Of a stretch of 27,247 bases of DNA, positions 21,171 to 27,247 are shown piece by piece. A model generated the notes under the pieces. The model was given only the letters and a program-made list of their open reading frames with translations, had not been told where the DNA came from and did not search any database. How positions within the stretch are numbered: position 1 is the first letter of the stretch; every line of letters begins with the position of its first letter. The stretch is from Macrostomum lignano (taxonomy: Eukaryota): positions 1-27,247 of the forward strand of contig NIVC01003076.1 in assembly GCA_002269645.1 (NCBI GenBank). Reading direction: 5' to 3'. The position numbers and the translations under genes are program-made.

Positions 21171-23696
21171 CTAATCTTGAAACTGAAAAAGCAACTCATA
21201 AAGATATGTCGTACTTGACAGCTTGCCTGTTTGGCGTAGAATTTTGTCGACCGGCAAAGAACGCTGCTTTGACTGTTGCTGCTGCTTGCGCTGCAGATAG
21301 TGCACCGGATCCTGCAAACGCGAGCTTCTGAATTGCTCCTTCTGCTGATCACTGCCAGTCAGATTAAAATTGGTATTCGAAGAGTTCGACTGCTGCTTCT
21401 GCGGCTGCTGCAGTTGACTGCCTGCAGAGACGCCTGTAACTGCATGAGAAGCCGTCGGCGATTCGACAGGACCGCCGCCTTGAGCTGCCAGCCCGTTTCG
21501 AAGCTCAGTCAGCATGCGTAGTGCGTCGTCAACAGATCGACCGACTGGCATGTCGTTGATGGTCACCTGGCAGATTGTCTTGTTTCGGTCAATCAGAAAG
21601 GTGCCTCTGTGCAGAAGCGAGTACGAAAGAAATATCGTGTACGAAATATAAAAGGAAATGTAAGGAATATAGAGTGGAAAATAAGCAATGCTTTCTACTC
21701 AATGAGATGACTTTTTTGAGTAGACAAACTTTATCTTGCATGTTGGAACTCCATCAAGTAGTGACGGTTATCTAACAGGTTGAGAACTCCAACGAGCAGG
21801 GTAAGTATAGCTAGGGGGAGGGTAGCCCAGTTGTCCAGCGCGGTGCTCTGATGTGCCAGCGACCTAGGCTCGATTCCAAGTGCAGTCACATTAATTTTTG
21901 GGCTAAACTGGAATCTTGGTTTGGCTCTGCTCGTGCAATTAACGCCATTAAGGACCAACCTCCCAAGGCGCAGTGAAGTGTACATGCCTAACGATAAATA
22001 AAGTTAGGGCCGCTGTGCAATCCTGTGTGAGTGTGTGCCTGTGCGTATGACTGCGTACGAATCCGCACGCTTGTGTGCCTGCTCAGGGGAGTCGGCGGAA
22101 TGGGCGGAATGCCTCTCGCCGGTTGTGTGACAATTTCGCTTGAAGTTCGCCAGGGTGCACACAGCCCCTGCTCTAATAAAATTGTTAAATATTTCTAATG
22201 GTCCTTGCTCTGTGCATGCAAGAATTTTAATGAGATTCAACCGACACTTTCATTTATTTCATTTTGCTCATTTTTCAGTTGGTTTAAATTTGTCTGCACA
22301 GTCGATTGTAACAAGTGGCGCAGCCACATGCATACCTGTAGGCAGCGCCGCTAGCCGCAAGAACACCGTACGCCCTTGAGATCTCGTGCGACCTGTCGCT
22401 CAGCAGGACGATGGACTCGGCATTGCTGCCGGCTCCCAGGCCCCGTTCAGCTTTTGGCGCCTTCAACCAGGCCAGGTGAGTGTACACCGAGTCAGTGGAG
22501 CAGCACACAATGTTGCAGCTTTGCGCAGCGAATTCGGAGAACTTTTCCGTGAATTGCACTATTTCGGTTGGGCAGACGAATGTGCTGGAATGTTTAGACA
22601 TATAGCATATACTATTATTAATAATAATATTCAGGCACGTCGCCACCGGATAGGACGGGAGGGGGACATGTCCCCCCCCCCCGATAAAATCTCTGAGGGG
22701 AACATGCCAATGCTTTGGCGCCTTCGGCGCTAAAATGAGTGCCTTCGGCGCTAAAATGAGTGCCTGCGGCGCTAAAATAAGTGCCTTCGGCGCTAGAAGG
22801 AATGCCTGCGGCGCTAAAAGAAATGCTTGCGGCGTCAAAATGAGTGCCTGCGGCGCCAAAATGAGTGCCAAAATTTAGTGGACATGTGCATGTTGAATTC
22901 TTGGCTTTGTCTCCCGAACATAAAATCCATGGCGACTCCCCTGATAATATTATTATTAAGTGTACACGTCGAGGATGATAATTTTGATCGTGTATAATAT
23001 TAGAAAAAGCAAAAAATAAATAAAATGACAGAAAACATAAATATAAGGTTAGTAAATAAAGACATTTTTTGAGATGATACTGCATGGTGAACGCACTTTA
23101 GGTTCAGTATTATAAAGTCTACACAAAAGTTCCTACGACAGGACATTTGCCACAGGATTCACTCAGAAACACTTAAACTAAAGTTGAAATACGTCATTTA
23201 ATCAGCTGTAGTCTGGCTTGTGGGTGCGCGTGCACTTAGATGTGCACGTCTGGCTGGTTTGGGGGTTGGGGTTTAGCGCTGCAGCGTCTGCGTGCTTAGG
23301 GTGGTTACACCCACCCAACTTTGGCATTAAATATATTGGCGTGAGCCAGTGAGGTCTCCTCACGTTTTGTTATTCACTGCAATTCAACCCACGGTCTTAC
23401 ACAGCAATGATTGTGCATTTATTGGACGCGTTTTAAAGAATGGCCCTTACTCCCCACAAAGTGGTACTTGTACTCCCAATTACTCCATGTAATTTTAACT
23501 GTGTTACTCGGATTTTAATAATTCAAATTGGCACAACTAAGAAGTGAACTTACAAGTCAGCCGGGTAGAACACTAGTACAAGATAATCGGCACCTTTGAG
23601 GGCCTCGTCCAGAGTCAAATCGACAATTTCACCGCGACGAACAGCCTGGCTGAGCAACGGCGGCGCCGTGTCTCCGGGAGCAAGATGTGCTGGCAT
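21171..23696 (-). CDS. Peroxiredoxin, Prx1/AhpC-type, 3 exons, ~275 aa, lacking the resolving-Cys motif, with a Q/S-rich C-terminal tail
   Basis: Exons 23554-23696 (MPAHLAPGDTAP...LVFYPAD), 22336-22584 and 21171-21606. Splicing restores FYPADF|TFVCPTE and AYR|GTFLID...QVTINDMPVGRSVDDALR with GT/AG sites and matching phases. The last ~30-45 nt could contain a further small intron. Confidence 0.88.
21814..22002 (+). mobile_element. Second, distinct tRNA-derived SINE-like element in Prx intron 2
   Basis: A-box-like TAGCCCAGTTG at 21823-21833, B-box-like GGCTCGATTCC at 21867-21877, and an ATAAATAAA end at ~22002. Possible TSD agctaggg/agttaggg. Confidence 0.5.
22632..22943 (+). mobile_element. 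Non-autonomous hAT-type MITE, copy 2 (312 bp), in Prx intron 1
   Basis: TIRs CAGGCACGTCGCCA and TGGCGACTCCCCTG (11/14). Perfect 8-bp TSD ATAATATT at 22624-22631 and 22944-22951. An 8-bp TSD with short TIRs is the established hAT signature. Confidence 0.9.
22717..22870. repeat. 21-nt tandem repeat (~7 copies, GGCGCTAAAATGAGTGCCTTC) inside MITE copy 2
   Basis: Read directly, and it produces the 7-aa periodicity (ALILAPQ) in ORF 22284-22871. MITE copy 1 has only ~2 copies. Confidence 0.9.
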
Positions 23697-24307
23697 GCCT
23701 TCCTGATGCAATAAATATGTGTATTAATATCCAAATATTTATATAGTTTTGAATTGCCCAATCTTACTAAGCTAACAGCGCTTTGACTGGCACCCAAAAT
23801 GACATCCTATTTGTCTATTTGTCTTAATTGAAAACGAGAGAGAAGATTAATTAGTACAAATAGTATGACCATGGCCACAGACAGAATGTTAGCGTTCCAA
23901 AGCGTGTGTACTCAGCCAAGCAAAATGCCAACATCTCTGCTCTACCCGATCTTACACTGCGGCGAGCCTCTCTGACCCGCAGAAGTTGCAGAAGACTGCG
24001 GACTCCATGTTTACAGATTACTCAAGTTTGAAAGTTGGTGAAGGTCTTAAGATCCCAAACCCCAATATTTTTAATAAAATTATTGATACTTCAAATGAAA
24101 CGTGAATTACAGAAGTATTCGGAACCTAAATTTATTGGCATCTAGATTAGAATGATCTGCAATTTGGCATCCGGGATCCAAATTCAAAACGCCAAAATTA
24201 AACTTGATGCGTCGTAAAACACGTTACGCTATGGCACAAAAAACCTAATTCCAACCAATTGTATTTATTTTAAGTACTACAAATTATCTATATATCTACT
24301 CGTACAT

Positions 24308-24405
24308 GGGGTCTACGACAAGTGACCGCCACAATTTGACCGCCGACAATTTCGCCACTGGCAGTTTCACTGCCGGATTTTTGGGACCAACAATTTGATC
24401 GCCCT
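24308..24405. repeat. Cluster of short CAATTT(G)ACCGCC-like direct repeats, possibly a DNA-transposon end
   Basis: gaccgccacaatttgaccgccgacaatttcgcc...caacaatttgatcgcc. No partner end was found in the window. Confidence 0.35.
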
Positions 24406-25084
24406 ACATGTATTTTCATTTATATTCATTGACATTTTGAATTGTCAAAATGTTATTAACTACCTCTTGCTGGTTCAATGCATTTTGCGCTAGCCCCTAA
24501 GCCAAAGAATTAAAAAAGATCTGATGCTCAGAAAGGGCAACAAATTATACTTCATTTTCAATTGACGGCACTTCAACATTGAAACTCTACAGTCTATTTG
24601 TAATTTTTACAGTTTACAGTATAATTCTAAGGAATGGGATCTAAGAAATATTCTACCAGAAAATGTTCTGGTAGAACAAAATATCTTCCTCGAGAAACCC
24701 TTCCTTTGAGTATAGTATAGTCATTATGCAGTTTTTAAACTATCTAGAAATGTCACTTCCTCAAAAAGTCTCAAGTACATAATAACAGCTAGCATGTTCT
24801 CAGTTTTAAAGAATGACCAACCTCGCCGCAGAAAATAGGACGATCAAACTGCTGGGGTCCCAAATATTCCGGTCAAATTGTGGAGGTCAATTGCTGGTCT
24901 CCATCTACATGTGTCATGGATTCGTCTTTTATAAAGAAACTTCTGACATCACGATTCCGAATAAGTCAGTGCTCAGAATTTTCGACGGGACATCAAGAGT
25001 TCGGGAGGGAGCTGATTCTGGGTTCGACAAGATCTGGATCTTGAAATCTCGAAAACTTCTAAAGATTCAAGAAGACTTCTTATC

Positions 25085-25867
25085 TTCTACTTGAAGTCTG
25101 CCCTACTTGCCTTGGGGAATCGCCGTTCCTCAGCCATGTACATATCAGTAGCGCCAGCTAAATTTGCATTGCTACTTCACTCGTTAATATCAAGTTGTTT
25201 AAACCACTTAGATGCCTCCAACAAGGTGTCCTTAAGGTGGATCCACGAACACTTGGGCGACCCCGGCAACGAGTTGGCCCATCGCCGATACTAGTGAAGA
25301 CTGGCTCGACCAGGCCTTTTACTGGCCCCCTGGCCCTTTTGTCACCACTCGGATCAACCAGTGGGTGGCTTCAAAGCACAGGGAGAGGTGGGCTAACGCC
25401 CCCCGACTACCGGCAATCCCGCGCGGCTGTCCCATGTACTTCCCCCTCCCTCCGCAGGGCCCTGCTTGGACTCAACCGCAGGGACGTCAGGGAGGTGACC
25501 ATGGCCTGGCCTTTTTTGCCAGGCATCGCTACCTCCAGGGATGCCCTTTTTACCTCTCCGGTGTCGAGAATTCGGAGCACTTCATCTGTGAATGCCCTGC
25601 CTTTACTCAGGACAGGCTCACTTACCTCGGCACAAACCCGGACCTCTCCGACGTTTTCAGGCCCGAGAATCTCTGCCAGCTCGTCCGCTACCTAAGGGCT
25701 ACCGGGCAATAGATCATCAACCTCCTGGTCTCTCCAGAGAGGGACCACGCTGCGTAGACCGGCAACACCGGTCTCCCTGCGTGTTGCCCTGCGTGGATCT
25801 CCCTGTGTGACACCCTGTACCAGCTGCTCGTGGCCGCCAGGGGTTGGCGGGAGCTAAGTCAATCAAT
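25085..25867 (+). mobile_element. 5'-truncated, degenerate non-LTR retrotransposon (RNase H + C-terminal CCHC; I/R1/LOA-type)
   Basis: KSALLALGN...[29 protein letters not shown] resembles the RNase H 'WVPGH.G..GNE.AD' motif. [10 protein letters not shown] and [25 protein letters not shown] form a decayed zinc knuckle. Stops and frameshifts are present, and the 3' end is TCAATCAAT. Confidence 0.85.
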
Positions 25868-26785
25868 TTGTTTAGGCCTTTGTGCCGCGCTATAAACCCC
25901 AACTGAATTTCATTTGGAAAATCATGTCGCGTAAAAATTCTGAAAGCTATTCAATTCGACTAACAGTAGACTAGAACAAAAATATCATGCGAGCGTAGTT
26001 TTTCTAACATTTAAAACCGGGAGATTGTGCACAACCATTATGCATGAAAATTTGGTTTGTAATTTTTTTATTTTTTCTGCGGGAGATTTTGCTGTCACGT
26101 CAATGATCGCATCAGCAATCCCATTTGGCAGATTTTAAAAGTGCGGGTTCTTTTAGGTCTCAGGGCCCGAAATCTATTTGAAAATTTGCGGTAGATACCA
26201 ACAGTAGAACAACAGTTTTTGTTCTCAAGAAATAAAAAAATGCATCGAATGTGCATTATTCTTAAAACGATTTGTGTACATTATTTTAGTACATGTTTAT
26301 TGTAAACATCCTTAAATTTAAAAATGAAATATTGCGTATTTGACTAAGTTAAAACGTTTGAATCGTTGCTATAATAATCGTACATACCTCTGACTTAAAC
26401 AGTATAAGCCTAATCTGTGTAACTATTGCTACTCGCACAATTCAAACTATGCGTGCTATTTGTCCATATACTAAAATGGTTTGTCGGCATCTATGACTGT
26501 CGGTATGTGATCGATTTCAGAAAGAACGACTCAACCGATATTCTTCGAACTTGCACCATTCGGTCAAACATTTTCCCGTGACGGTCCATGTGTCTTGGCT
26601 ATTTGTTTGAACAAAATATTCTCCTCAAAGAAATTGTGCGGAGGCAGTTCAGAGGCAGTCACAACATTCCAACTGACTGCGAAATCACTAGAACACATCT
26701 ACACGAGTGAATTAATTGTGAGTAGGAGTAAATAAATATGCGTATATTTCAGTCAAAAACAGCTCAGTCACGAAATCATGGAAAT

Positions 26786-27247
26786 CTAGCTGCTGTTCTC
26801 CAGCCACTCCAGAACCTTCACCAGCAGATCCCTGGCAATGCCAGAAGCCTCCTGCACCAGCCTCTTGGCCAGCTCGATAGCAGCCTGCTTGCCGTGCTCA
26901 GCCAGCTCCCTCAGGATGGCCTTGACCTCCTCGATGTTGATACCGATGATGTCCAGGATGTAGGCGTCGTCGTTGCGGTTCTCAAGCCACTCGAGGACAC
27001 GGATGAGGATGTCCTTCAGAGCTCCCTGGGCCTCCTGCAGCAGTCTCTTGGCCAGCTCGATAGCGGCCTGCTTGCCGTGCTCAGCCAGCTCCCTCAGGAT
27101 AGCCTTGACCTGCTCGATGTCGATACCGATGATGTCCAAGATGTAGGCGGACCTCTGACGCTCCAGGATCTCGAGCACCTTGATGAGGATGTCCTTAAGA
27201 GCTCCTTGGGCTTCCTCCAGCATCCTCTTGGCCAGCTCGATAGCGGC
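26786..27247 (-). CDS. Second copy (paralog) of the secreted helical-repeat polyprotein, 3' end only (runs off the window)
   Basis: The last 2.5 units are nearly identical to units in 14070-17275, ending ...VLEWLENSS* instead of ...ENRN*. The sequence after the stop is unrelated to that of copy 1. Confidence 0.9.
   Translation of the reverse strand, partial: AAIELAKRMLEEAQGALKDILIKVLEILERQRSAYILDIIGIDIEQVKAILRELAEHGKQAAIELAKRLLQEAQGALKDILIRVLEWLENRNDDAYILDIIGINIEEVKAILRELAEHGKQAAIELAKRLVQEASGIARDLLVKVLEWLENSS

Noticed and set aside
24651-24676. Perfect 11-bp inverted repeat TTCTACCAGAA-AATG-TTCTGGTAGAA
   Set aside because: An isolated short palindrome with no supporting context. It is not a terminator in a eukaryotic genome.
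4387-27247. Functional link (operon-like system) among GALNT2, polyprotein and peroxiredoxin because all are co-oriented
   Set aside because: Intergenic gaps are several kb and repeat-filled, the polyprotein has its own TATA-like promoter, and its units lack Thr/Pro-rich O-glycosylation targets. Co-orientation of five genes alone is weak evidence.

Overview
Eukaryotic, metazoan-like genomic DNA: GC-rich exons, AT-rich introns and intergenic DNA, and GT-AG introns. The style suggests an invertebrate such as a free-living flatworm, but the sequence alone cannot establish that. All recognisable genes are on the minus strand: an intronless Hakai/CBLL1 E3 ligase (980-2186, two single-base frameshifts), a GALNT2-like GalNAc-transferase with at least 4 exons (4387-8062), a ~1068-aa secreted tandem-repeat polyprotein that I do not recognise (14070-17275, one frameshift), a 3-exon Prx1/AhpC-type peroxiredoxin with no resolving-Cys motif and a Q/S-rich tail (21171-23696), and the 3' end of a second polyprotein copy (26786 to the window end). 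The repeat content is two copies of a hAT-type MITE (one with a perfect 8-bp TSD), two tRNA-derived SINE-like elements, a 3' fragment of an RNase H-bearing LINE, a 177-bp foldback and several minisatellites. The most interesting object is the duplicated polyprotein. It has a signal peptide followed by 17 cysteine-free amphipathic helical units of about 60 aa. The units are joined by basic-residue-plus-dipeptide linkers (R-ND-DA, R-SA, K-SP) that look like a processing code for releasing ~57-aa peptides. Several single-base deletions in coding regions may be sequencing or assembly errors.
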